Below are positions 52,720-64,000 of a stretch of 64,000 bases of DNA, piece after piece; positions within the stretch are counted from its first letter, which is position 1, and each line of letters starts with the position of its first letter. The stretch covers positions 64,922,819 to 64,986,818 of the forward strand of contig NC_057719.1 of the NCBI RefSeq assembly GCF_004010195.1. Reading direction: 5' to 3'. The notes beneath the pieces are model-generated. The model ran no database searches and was not told the DNA's origin. It worked only from the letters and a program-made list of their open reading frames with translations. Source of the stretch: Chiloscyllium plagiosum. Lineage: Eukaryota. Both the position numbers and the translations under genes were made by a program.

Positions 52720-53612
52720 AGTCCTATAGGGCACTGGTGACACTGCATCTGAAGTACTGTGTACTGTATTGGTCACTGTACTTATGCAGTGGAAGCAGTT
52801 CAGAGAGAGTTACTAGTGCAGTACCTGGAATAAGTGGATTGCCTTATGGGAAATTGCTAAACAGGCATAGCATGTATTATCTGGAGTTTAGAAGAGTTGG
52901 AGGTGACTTGAAAGATGTTTCCTCTTGTGGGAGAATGTAGAACTGGGAATCATACTTTAACAATAAGACATTGCTGATGTATGACAGATAGGAGGAAATA
53001 GGAGGAATTTTCTTAGACGGTTGTGAATCTTTGGAATTTCCTTCCTCAAAAGATAATAGATGTGGAATATTTAAATATTTTTTAAACCAGAGATGTTTAG
53101 ATTCTTATTTACCAAGTGGTTGAAAGATTGTTGGGATTATGCAGGAATCATGGAATCCCTACAGTGCACAAAGAGGCCAATTATTCCCATTGAATCAGCA
53201 CCGACTCTCCGAAGAGCATCCCGCTTAAACCCAGCACCATATCCCTGTAACTCTGAATTTACTATGGCTAATCCACCTAGCTTGCACATCCTGGACACTA
53301 TGGGATAATTTCAATGGCCAATCCACCTAACCTGCACATTTTTGGACTGTGGGAGGAAACTGGAGCTCCTGGTCGAAGTACATGCAGACACAGGGAGAAC
53401 GTGCAAACTTCACACAATTGCCTGAGGGTGGAATCGAACTCTGGTCCCTGGTGCTGTGGGGCAACAGTGCTAACCACTGAGCCATCATGCCTCCCCCTAC
53501 TGAGGCTGCAACGGAGAGTTAAAATTAGAATACCCATGATTTTATTGACTGATGGATCAGGATCAGAGGGCCAAGTGGCCTACTCTTGTTCCTTGGTTCT
53601 ATATTCATATGT
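52720..53612 (+). mobile_element. Old CR1 3' fragment interrupted by a SINE
   Basis: HLKYCVLYWSLY; the 3' UTR resumes at about 53530. Confidence 0.7.
53148..53492 (-). mobile_element. HE1-type SINE with internal ~50-bp tandem duplication
   Basis: ATGGCTAATCCACCTAGCTTGCACAT.. repeated as ATGGCCAATCCACCTAACCTGCACAT.. Confidence 0.85.
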
Positions 53613-56344
53613 CTGAATCTAGATACCTTACCCTTGTGCAGCCTATGAAATTTTGCTTTGTGGCCTACATATGACTCTTGTAAAGTTGCAGATGATGACT
53701 TCTGCTTCACAGAGATGACTATCTTCAGTCTGCAATGACCAGTATCTTGGTCAGGATTGCTAGTGGTTAGGATTTGCACGCCACACAGTTGGAGACTGTA
53801 TGCACTTCACATGCAGGGTACTGTGCTTACACACTTACTGTAAAAGTGCCTTATTAATGCAATTGCCTGTTGAAGGGCCTCACATCACTGACAAGCAGAG
53901 CCCACATGCTCAGACAGAAAAGAAACACTCCTTCTACTCCACGCGTGGCTGTGGCCATATTCCTTTTCCATTAGCCACCTCTAAATTGCATGTCTATGGA
54001 AGGTACTTCAGGTCATACTTGGCACAATGAGTCACAGCTACAGTGAGGTAATGAGAGAGGTCCCTTCCTAATTCCACGTTTGTTTCTTCCTGCCAGGAAA
54101 GTCCATCAGCACTGAGCTTCGAAATGTTCCATTCCCATTGACTCGCGACTTCATCTTTCAACAAGACCTTTCCCCCGCCTTGGCCCTACATCCTGGTGAT
54201 GCCAATCATTATGCTCACTGTCCACTCACTGAGGTCAGTGTGATTGTGATTGTCAAGCAACCCCACTACCCCCACCCCACCCTTCCTCATGTCCTCAAAT
54301 ACACTATCATCTCCCCAACTTTATGTGGTGAGTCCCCTCCACTTCATGATTCTGATCCCCTCTGCATTCCAACATGCTACCTCTAGTTCCCAGGATTGAC
54401 TTCCCTAGCTTCCCTACCACAGCAGTTTATTAATCTCCCTTGCCTTTCATTGAGTTGACCTTCAGGACTGAGCATGGCCCACCCACTTCCCCACCTGAAA
54501 GAAACATTCCCACCTGATATGTAGGACTATATCAGTTGATATTCTGCTGCTCAGACCTCAGTTTCTTATTGTGGTGAGACTAGATGCATGTCAGCATTGT
54601 GAGTACAGGATATCACATTATCTGTCCATAGTCAATATAGTTAGTGTTCAGTGATACACACATGCTCACATGTGCACACTCTTATGATTTACCAAAGAAT
54701 GATAAACTGATAGATGATAAATCATAATTTCTGTATCATAAGTTAGAAAGACTGACTACATTGTTCTAAGTACTAGTTTTCTATAATAAATTATATGCTT
54801 CATTTTTCTATTAAATACAAACTGTATGTCCATTTATATTTGCATATATCCAAACTCACCCTTAGAGTGACTCTATTTTCCCCACATGACAGAAGGAATA
54901 CTGATTAAGTTCCCTCAGGTCACATTTTTTGTAGCTCCTTCCACACAGGCCAGCAATCTTATTAGCAAAGTGCAGTTAGGTTCTCTCTGTTAAGGAACAA
55001 GATAATGGAACAAACGGAGAGAGAAATATTAAATTGATTCGGGGTTAGGGACAAGAAGGTATATTTCACAAGGCATGTTGCTTTTGAAGAGAATCTAGGA
55101 ATCTTACATGCACATACCTGGAAACTAAGAATACAAACTTTATTTTTATTTCAGCCCTTCAAAGATATTTTGTTTACAGTTAAATGTTCTATGCTCCACC
55201 AATCCTTCACAATTTGCTTGTAACAAAGTTTCCTCTGCAGGCAAGGGCGCACTCTACCCCTTTACATTCAGTACATACAAGAAATGCTTCCACGGAGCAA
55301 GGTATATTTTTGAAAGAAGAAATTTCAAAGAGGCACAACCCAAATAATTATGTAACTATAGAATGAGAATAAAGTCAGAGCTGAGAAATTTGTATAAATA
55401 TTTTGGCCATACACTGTGAAAGCTACTTTGAAGTAGAAAATGAGTTTGAACCTGTGCAGAGAACTTTGATAAGTCTAGGTCCATGTTTATTTGAAGCTTT
55501 TAGTAATTCAAATTCTAAAAGATTTTGGTGAAATCCCAAATGTCACCAACCCAGCTGCACTACAGTGTTTCAGCTCTCACAACTTTCAAAACATCATTTT
55601 ATAGTTATTTTGCCTTTAATCAACCTTCCCAATTTTTTTTTCTTACAAAATCCATCTCCCAAATCAAATTCAGGGAACGTGCAACTCTTCATATTGTTGA
55701 GGATGATCTGGATTAAAAATACAGTTTGTATTTGCAATGCAGGAATGCATATTATAAGTGATCATCTTTGAGAAGGAAGTGGTTCAAGATATACGGCTAC
55801 TTAAGAACATAAGCAATTTAAGAAGGCCATTCTACCCATTGAACTTGCTCCAGAATTCAATAAGAAAATTGTCTGATTTACTCCTCACCTGTGTGTACTG
55901 AAATTCCCATTTTTAGTTTTGGTATTTTGTTAAGTGAGATTTATAGATCACAATCCATTTTGGCTCAAAGCAACGTCTTTCACTCAATTTTTTCTTCTCT
56001 TCACACATTGTTATGCATCTAGGCTCTTCAGCAGTCTTCTTGTGCAATTGCACGGCAGGAGAGTTGGAAGTATTTCATGTTTCTTTTGGCCTTCATGCTG
56101 CTGGTGCCAACGGCAAGTCAGCAAATATCTGTCACACTGTGGTGTTCAACGCTGTCACTGAGAACAAGATCCAGAAAACAATGCTTGGCCCTCTTTTTCA
56201 GACAGGGACCATGAGGTGGCGATGGTTTGGCTGGTGTTTTATCCTGCTGTCCACCAAAGGAGACCATACTGCCAGACACAGCCATCCTGAACCCAGATAA
56301 TGGCCCAAGTTTGTGCTCTATCCAAGGTTAAAAGAAACACCAGC

Positions 56345-56700
56345 AATAAGGGATATAGATAGGGTTAATGGTAGGTGTTTCTTTTTCCCTTGGATGGGCG
56401 ATTTCAAGACTAGGGGGCATTTTTTAAAGATGAGACAAATAAAATTTGAAAAAAAAAATGAGGGGCAAATTTTTCACACAGACGGTGGTGCAGGTGTGTA
56501 ATGAACTTCCTGAGGAAGTGGTGGATGTGTGCACAGTTACAACATTTAAAAGACACTTGGATAAGTTCTTGAATAGGAAGTGTTTGGAGGGGTAATGGCT
56601 AGAACCAGGCAGGTGAGACTATTTTAATTTGGGATTATGTTCAGTATGGACTGATTAGATTGAATTGTCTGTTTCTGTACTGTATGATTCTATAACTATA
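56345..56700 (+). mobile_element. CR1 3' fragment
   Basis: DRVNGRCFF..KTRGH; tail TATGATTCTATAACT. Confidence 0.85.
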
Positions 56701-56756
56701 ACTTCAGGAAGAAGGTCAATGATCTTATGCTTGCTACAAGGGTAAGTGCCACCAAC

Positions 56757-56887
56757 ACTCCTGATGAAGGTTCAGACTTGAAACATTGACCTCGCCACCT
56801 CCTGATGCTGCCTGGCTTGTTGTGTTCTTGCAGCCTCCTGCTTGTCTACTTTGGATTCCAGCATCTGCAATTTTTCTTTGTCTCTAA
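56757..56887 (+). mobile_element. Penelope-terminus-derived element beginning with a hammerhead-like core
   Basis: CTGATGA-AGGT-TCAG-ACTT-GAAAC at 56761-56784; same subfamily as 7804-8017. Confidence 0.8.
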
Positions 56888-57375
56888 CCTCGCACTCAAG
56901 CCATAACTCATTTGAACTTTGCCAGTGCACAAATATCTCACCAAGGGTAATGGGCTACAATTCTCATTATTGCATGTCTCATGGTCATTCACTGAATTTC
57001 ATCCATCTTCAAAACTACTAATCTCTCCTGCCTTCTGTGCTTCCTACTCATTCACTGGTGACACTTCACAACCCGTTCTGTCCTTGTGTCACCATGATTT
57101 ACTGCCATTATATTCAATTACTCACTTTGTGTCATTGCAGAACAAAGTAACTCATTCCCCAGACTGATGTCTACACAGTATATGACTGACCTACCTGTAG
57201 TCTTCATGCTGGATGCACTTGGCCAACACAACTGACTATGACCCAATCCACAGACTGCAAGGGCATATTTCACCAGACCCTGGTAGGAGCAATCACTTGA
57301 CTGACTCTAGAATCAATGATCCCCTTGACTCATCGAAGTTGTGGGTACTCCCCAACTGACCACAGATGACCTTGA

Positions 57376-57509
57376 AGCAGAAGTGGGTACTGCAGATGCA
57401 GGAGATTAGTCAAGATTAGAGTGGTGCTGGAAAAGCACAGCAGGTCAGGCAGCATCCAAGGAGTAGGAAAATTGATGTTTCAGGCAAAAGCCCTTCACTC
57501 TAATCTTGG
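57376..57509 (-). mobile_element. Penelope-terminus-derived element with 13-bp TSD and short inversion
   Basis: CAGA(T/A)GACCTTGA at 57363-57375 and 57510-57522; CAAGATTAGAGTG / CACTCTAATCTTG inverted pair. Confidence 0.75.
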
Positions 57510-58837
57510 CAGAAGACCTTGACACCACTAAGGCCTGCTCCCCTTTGACTTTCGTACATTGTCATTAGGTTGTAGCACAGCTACTGAGTGTGCTGTGTAA
57601 GCTACTGGCTTATGCTGCAGGTAAAACATTGACATAACAGAATGTTATACATGACATGACCATCCCTTGATTGTTCAGTGCTTCCCACTGTGACAAGCTA
57701 CCTGCCTCTCCCTCTGTGCTAAGAAATGAAGTGAAGAACTGTAAGGTTCATCCCGTTTGGATGCATGAGATGTGTATGTTTCTCTACATACAAAGTAAAC
57801 TGGTAGAAGCATGCAAGTCCTATGCGTTGTTGAGCTCCACTTAACTGTAGTCAGAGACTGAAGTGCTATATGAGTTGGATGGAGAGCACTCATGATGAAG
57901 TGGTGAAGCTAGTGGTTTGTCAATGCCACCATATATGTGAAGGGTAGAGGCGGTCGGTTGATCGTACAGGGATGTTGGGATCAAATAATTTCAGATGAAG
58001 GCCCATCAAACAAATCGGCGACATGCAGCCTCCAGGTAATTACTATCATTCATATCTTGCCAGAGTTTTTGCCGTAGTTCCTCATGGAAACAGAGGAGAA
58101 TTGGAGAGGTGGATGGAAATGAGCAGAGTTACAGGTTTACTGAGACGCAAGCTCGTTGATGCCTAATAGTGAATTTTCAAGGTCTCTATAAAACTTCATT
58201 GGAAAACTTTTCTCAATGTTGAGATTCTGTTTTATTAAAATTTTCACTACATTTTCCCTCTTTCTCACCATTGGCTAAATCACTGCTGGGAGGAGAAAAG
58301 TCTGCCTTATATTCTTGTCTTTGTCTCCATATCTATTGACAACAAAAGTCTGCAACTAAAGCAAAAAGAGAACTTCAGATACTGGAAATCTGAGAGAAGA
58401 ACAGAAATTCTGGCAATACTCAAGGGATTAAACAACAAATACAGAGAGAGAAAAGCACCATATTTCAAGTTGATGACAATTTGATATGTTAGTTTCACTT
58501 GAAGCTTTCTCAGAGCTTTCCTGACCTGTTGAATATTTGTAGTATTTTCTGATCTAACAAGCCCTGTTGTTTTAAGAATCAAAGCCCTGTTCATTCCAGG
58601 ATCCATAGCCTTTTGGGCAGAGAGTTTGAAGTTTCTGAAAAGTGCTTCTGATTTACTCCCAAATGGATTTGCTGCAATTTTATGGTGATGGCTTCTTGTG
58701 GGGAATTTATTCTCATTATTGTGGTGTCATTGAAGGATGGGAGAGCATTTCATCATTTAGAAAGGTGACTTATGAGCACCCTGTGACCTGCCCGCCACTG
58801 CCAAAATTAACTCTGAGTGGGAAGGCTCATGGCCTCA

Positions 58838-58886
58838 GGAGGTGGGGTGGGGGTGGGGGGGGGGAGGTGCGGGGGCGGGGAGGTGG
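58838..58886 (+). repeat. G-rich tract with G-quadruplex potential
   Basis: Five runs of four or more G with short loops. Confidence 0.7.
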
Positions 58887-59684
58887 ATCTCATTGAGAGT
58901 TGCTCACCCTGCCTTTGCAGTTAAACCCCTACCCTTGTGAAATCATTTCTACCTTGACTTACCTTTGTCTTGGGTCACATGTTGGTTGGGGACCTGTGGG
59001 CCTGCCCTTTTGGCAGCAGCCAAGCGAGCCAGCAGCCAAGCTGTCAGCCTCTGATTGGCTAGCAGCTCTGCGGGTGGGTGTAGTAATTTCTGCCCTTGTC
59101 TCCTTAGTCACAGGGAGGCCTGTCATTTGTCACTGAAGAGGATCTTAATTCCTCAAGACCTCCCCAATGGAGGCAATGTCTATCTGTCATGGACAGTCCA
59201 GCAGACAGCCAGAGAGCCCCGATCGGTGCATGTAATTCCCCTCCCTCTTATTTTTGATTCTCCTACTAGAGGAAATAATTTCAAGAAACTAGCTTATCAA
59301 ATTTTTCTCATATTTTAAGTAGCGCAGTGAGATCATCCTGAATTTTATATAATCCAGGGAGTACAAGCCACACTTATGCAGTCTGTCCTCAAAATGCAGC
59401 CCTGGCTATCATTCTTGGAAACTGAGAGTGGGATCCTGAACATTCAGTGAATTTGATTTCCAGTGACTGAATGAATAAAACTGAGCTGAGTTTATGAAGA
59501 ATTAGACTGTGCAGTTCCAGCTTATCATCCATAGCAGTCACGTTGTTTACTTGGAGAGCTGAGAGTGGAAATTGTAGCAGCTGTGTTATAATCCAGATGT
59601 TTATGTAGGAGTTGAGACACAAAATATTGTACAATGCATCTGGATAGAGACAGTCTGCAGGCAGGGGCATGCGGACCATAAAGA

Positions 59685-60195
59685 TATAGAGCCAGAAAAG
59701 TGGAACAGGAGTAGGCCATTCGATCCATTGAACCTGGTCTGCTGTTCAATATGATCATGAGTGATCCTCTATCTCAATGCCATTTTGTTTCTCTCTCCTA
59801 ATGTCTCTTGATTCCACTTCCACAGCATTCTGAGTGAGAGAATTTCACAGGATCACCATTCTCTGAATGAAGAAATGTCTTCCCATCTCAGTCCAAAATG
59901 GCATACTGCATGTCCTGAAACTATTGCATCTTGTTCTGAACCATCTGGCCTGGGGAAACATCATCTCTGCATCCAGTCTATCCAGGCCTGTTTGAGCTTT
60001 ATACCTTTCAATGAGATCCCTTGTCATTCTTCATACAGGCGCAGTCAATCCAATCTCTCCTCATGAAACAAACCTACCAGCCAAGAGCTCAGCTTGGTGA
60101 GCCTTTGTTGCAGTCCCTTTATGGCAAGTATATCATTTCAATGGTAAAGAGATCAAAACTACACACAGTACTCCAGGTGTGGCCTCAGAAACCAT
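59685..60195 (-). mobile_element. Old CR1 3' fragment
   Basis: ORF 59845-60027 has RDLIERYK..GLDRLDAEMMFP..RHFFIQRMV. Confidence 0.8.
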
Positions 60196-60559
60196 GTTAA
60201 ATGTCCTTGCCACCCTTTGTAATAGTATTAGATACATTTTTCTCTGATATCAAAGCAATAATGTGAATTGACCCAGAAACAGTATACCAGTCTGCAGAAG
60301 CAGAACTCAAAAGGTTTGCAACTCATGTACTATCATCATCCTGAAACCGAGAATGGTTTACATTGAGGGTCATCCGAGGTGTTTGCTGCCATCCGTATTG
60401 GAAAAGATCTGTTGGCACATTTAAACAGCTTTTTTATATTAATGTGGTTCCCCAAAATTCTGCTTTGAACAAAGTAACGGACGTCTGTGCATTGAGCAGC
60501 ACAGCCCTTTAAACCTGAAACTGCTAACACTTTGCTTGAAGACTACTACTGAAATTTAG

Positions 60560-60880
60560 AAGGTGGGTTTGATCAAAATTTTCAACAGGAGTGCAAATAG
60601 GATTGATGAAGACAGGCTATTTTCCACTGATTGGGACGTCTTAAGTCTAGAAGTAAGAGCCTGAGCATTCAAAGGTGAAAGGAGGAAAAGTGTTCGAGGT
60701 TTGTAATTTTCTTCCACAACTGGTCATTCAGTTGGCACCGAGATTGATAGATTTCTGTTAACCCAAAGTGTTGAGAGATCTGATTCTAAGGTGGGTGTGT
60801 AGAGAGACGCCATGGGTCAGTCATGACCTCTTTGAGTGGTTGAGGGGATAGAGATGCTTTCTTGCTTTACATGTTCCAGT
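60560..60880 (+). mobile_element. Highly degenerate CR1 3' fragment
   Basis: Residual GGFDQNFQ..RIDEDRLF and a CR1-like 3' UTR. Confidence 0.5.
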
Positions 60881-62129
60881 AAGGGACTTAGCAAAATTAT
60901 GTGACATGCCAATTTTTTCTGTGCGACTCGAAGTATTCAACCCTTAGTATAATTTATGTTTGGCTTACAATTTGGTTCCCTTAAAGAATCATAAACCTTT
61001 GCAGTACATTTTCAGCAATAAATCAATTTCACATCTGTATTGCATTCTTGGAATCAAATGCATGCATACAGAAGGAAATTGGAATGTTGAAGTGAAGGAG
61101 AATAATAAATTACTCAACACATCTGTATTAGACATACAGTTCAAGCGCATGCTGAATAAAAGGCTAGAAGCTACAGTTGCAGTGAGACTCTGTCACCTCT
61201 CGGTACTCGCTACAGATACTGGTCAAGGTCAGGCCTCAACACTAGCATAGTTTGTAATGAGACCATTTGCAGTTGTCCAGATAGAACACTCATAATTTGT
61301 TGGCAGATTATGGAACTGTGCGTTTTATGTGATTGGACAACTCTTTATCTGCGGTCAATCAGCCATTGCACACACACACTGGTTTTTCTACTGTAGCACA
61401 GTTGGGACCATGTCCTAAATATAATGGGACTTCAATCTGCCACGCAGATGCACGTTGACTTCGGTTTACATTCCCGCCCAAGAACACGTTGTATATTTTT
61501 GTTGGGTGGTTGTTTTCTTTTAGAGTCTGCAAGGAATGAGAGACAGAGATTTGTAGCAGCAGAAAGTAACAACTGCTTTTTCATTTTAGGCCAATTCATT
61601 AAATGCCCAGATGCCATTACAGTAATGCCAGCTATGAGCATTGGACATGTACTTCTGGTATTCTGTAACACTTCAGTGGGTGGAATGAGTAGACTCTTGT
61701 CCAATCTTCTGATCCCCTAATGCTGTATGTCGATCCTGTCAATTGGAGAATGACAATGTCATACTATCTTTCCTCCTAAACACAGTCATTGGCATTATGA
61801 GAAGGTAATAACTGCATTTGTAAATCAGACTTTTCCCATGTTGACTTGGATTTTCCAATGCCCAAATAGTAATTTCTGTGCAGATGGCAGTTGTGTGTCA
61901 GGTCTCTGTGAAATTCCCAATGTAACCAACTCCAAGGGAAATGCACGGGACATTGAAGATTCTGATGGACAATTCCCTGACACCTGGAACCCTCCAACAA
62001 TATCACAGTTGAACTGGTACATTTGGAGGATTCCATTGGCAGTTGTTACCCAAGAAAAGTTAGAAGTTTAAACTCCTAATCTACCTCCTGGGTAACTATT
62101 AAGCTGATGTTCCAATTTATTGCATACAC

Positions 62130-62410
62130 ACAACTATACCACACCCAAACCATGTACATCCCCAGGTTCCTGATCCAACATCTTCCAGGACCTGAGACTC
62201 CCTCTCCTGCTGCAATGCAATAACTCCTGACCCTGAGAACAGTCTCTCTTCCTGATATTATATTCCCCCACTAGACTTGACAGCTCTCTCCCTGCCACCA
62301 GAGCCAACTCCCCAACCTGACGCCAGTTCCAGTAACTCCCTCCAGCTTGCTGAACATGACACCTACCGTAACTCTTCTCGACTGATCCCAATACACCCCC
62401 TGTCCATCTT
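62130..62410 (-). mobile_element. CR1 ORF1 fragment
   Basis: LVGEYNIR similar to the VVGDSIIR esterase motif. Confidence 0.4.
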
Positions 62411-62421
62411 GATCTCATATA

Positions 62422-62930
62422 CTGTATATACTCATATATATGCCATTCTCGTGTATAAGTCGACCCTTTATTTTTTGGCCAAAAAATCTTGTATTTTCCA
62501 TATATCTCATGTAAGTCAACCCTAGTTCTTCACAGTTACAGTTCAACATTTATGAGTAAGTGAGCCTGCCCGTTGTGCTCTGCTCTGACTTTCCAGTCTG
62601 CTGGCCATACTACTCCATTCCAGGCCTTCCAGTCTGCCAGCCCTCACGCTCCGCTCCAGGTTTTCAGAATTATTGCAATGGTACGACAGTACAGGGTGAC
62701 CATTGTATCCGTGGAGTCAGTTTCCACGGTTTCAGTTAGCCGCAGTTTACCGTGACCCAAACATATTACTGAGAGCGTTCCAGGACCAGGGGGCTGCTGG
62801 GAAAATAAATTTCCCATTTTATCTATTTTGTAGATAAATATTTGTCTCCTCGAAAACAATACCTCATGTATAAGTCGACCCCCTAATTTCAGATTTAAAA
62901 ATCTGTTTTCAAAATTCGACCTATACATCT
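62422..62930. mobile_element. Tc2/pogo-like non-autonomous DNA transposon remnant
   Basis: Starts TA|CTGTATATACTC; recurrent TGTATAAGTCGACCC motif at about 62453, 62510 and 62867; partial inverse CGACCTATACA at about 62917. Confidence 0.55.
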
Positions 62931-63911
62931 ACCTAAACGATAGATATTCCATAACTTACCTGTCACCATACCCACCTTATGCACTGACACCTTGCTTACT
63001 TGATCTCCTGGCACTCTACACACCTGGCACCCTAACCCACACTTAGTTCACAGGCTTTCCCTATCACAGGAACTGTCAAAGTGGCTGTGTGTGCTGCTAG
63101 ACATTTACACCAGAGGACACAGCAAGTACTGCAGTGTGGAAGAAACAGTGGTTTATCTTCCTGCACCTATCCTACCTTACGATTGGATTTAAGGTACATT
63201 GCACATTGCTGAAGAAGCCCTGATGGAGTCGCCTGCCAGAAATGCAAAGCTCTATCTTAAGAGACAAAATAGATGCAGAGTGGCAATCTAATTTTGATTT
63301 CTGCTCCTTAGAAAATCCAGCTCAATATTTTATTTTGTCTTCCTATTTTCCTGCATACCTCTGGATGAAAGTAACCCAATGGGCTGAGGGGGAAAAAAGG
63401 ACTTCGGAGATCGTTCTTCCATATTCTTGTATTTCTACTTTCTACTTTTTCATTACTTTTAATGAATGCACATTGCGGGTGGAAATCATGTGCTTCCTGT
63501 GGTGAATTGGATGTTTCTAAGGACATTTAATCTGGCTGGCTAGTGGTAGTGGGGACTCTGTTGTATTCTTAACACTCTCCTCATTTAGTCCATGGCAGGA
63601 AGGCTCAAGGATGGCCTTCCCAATCTGCTGCTAACTGAAGCCTTTACATGGTGAATTGATACTTTCCAATGTTGCCTTGTTGATCCTGAAGCTCCAAGGG
63701 TGTTGGGGCAGATACAAGTTGGATGTTCTTCTGGAGGTGTTCTCTTTTAAAATCTGCACTCCATCCACTTCCAGAGTGGGTGCTATCATTCTGAACTTTT
63801 CTGTCTTTCTGATGCATTCCAAAATGTAACAGAGGTAGGGTTACAGACTTGATTTGCAGAATACAACAGAGTTCTTGGAGCAGTCTGCAACCTCTCCTGG
63901 ATGTTACTGCC

Positions 63912-64000
63912 TCAAAGAGATGGTTATTGACTTCAGGAGGGCCACCCTCCTCTGTACATCGACAGCTCCCCCATGGCGATCATGAAGACCATCAAATTTC
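63912..64000 (+). mobile_element. Rex1/Babar-like (or L2-like) RT C-terminal fragment, running off the window end
   Basis: KEMVIDFRR then HPPLYIDSSPMAIMKTIKF. Confidence 0.7.

Noticed and set aside
55241..55301. Possible 61-nt exon (CTGCAG|...AAG|GTATAT)
   Set aside because: Weak donor and no recognisable peptide in any frame
56013..56300. 95-codon ORF after a pyrimidine tract
   Set aside because: No recognisable homology or clear donor; length within chance expectation
61776..62075. Overlapping ORFs, including a WVTTANGILQMY stretch reminiscent of a transposase motif
   Set aside because: Single short motif, surrounding order not consistent, no recognisable domain
1..64000. CRISPR arrays, prokaryotic operons, rRNA or known miRNA genes
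   Set aside because: Eukaryotic repeat-rich DNA; no regularly spaced repeats or recognisable mature sequences seen, and the long hairpins are explained by TE inversions

Overview
AT-rich, CpG-depleted vertebrate genomic DNA dominated by transposable elements. The repeat complement points to a cartilaginous fish, probably a carpet/bamboo shark (inference): HE1-type tRNA-derived SINEs with (ATTAG)n tails, HER1/CR1-type LINEs ending in (CTCTATGA)n, and Penelope-like elements. There are two assembly gaps (2833-3237, 32817-33347). I found no host protein-coding exon that I can name, so the window reads as intronic or intergenic. All recognisable ORFs are broken TE fragments: CR1 ORF1 esterase/APE/RT, Penelope GIY-YIG, Gypsy RNase H/integrase, Harbinger-type Myb/SANT and Rex1/Babar-like RT. 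The most notable structure is a set of short (100-215 bp) Penelope-terminus-derived insertions. They carry 8-14 bp target-site duplications, often fold back on themselves, and contain minimal hammerhead-ribozyme cores (CTGANGA...GAAAC). Also present are a probable decayed Gypsy provirus with paired LTR remnants and nested insertions, a solo LTR, three TIR mini-elements, and a few weak exon and enhancer candidates in repeat-poor blocks. Boundaries were read by eye and are approximate unless a TSD is given.
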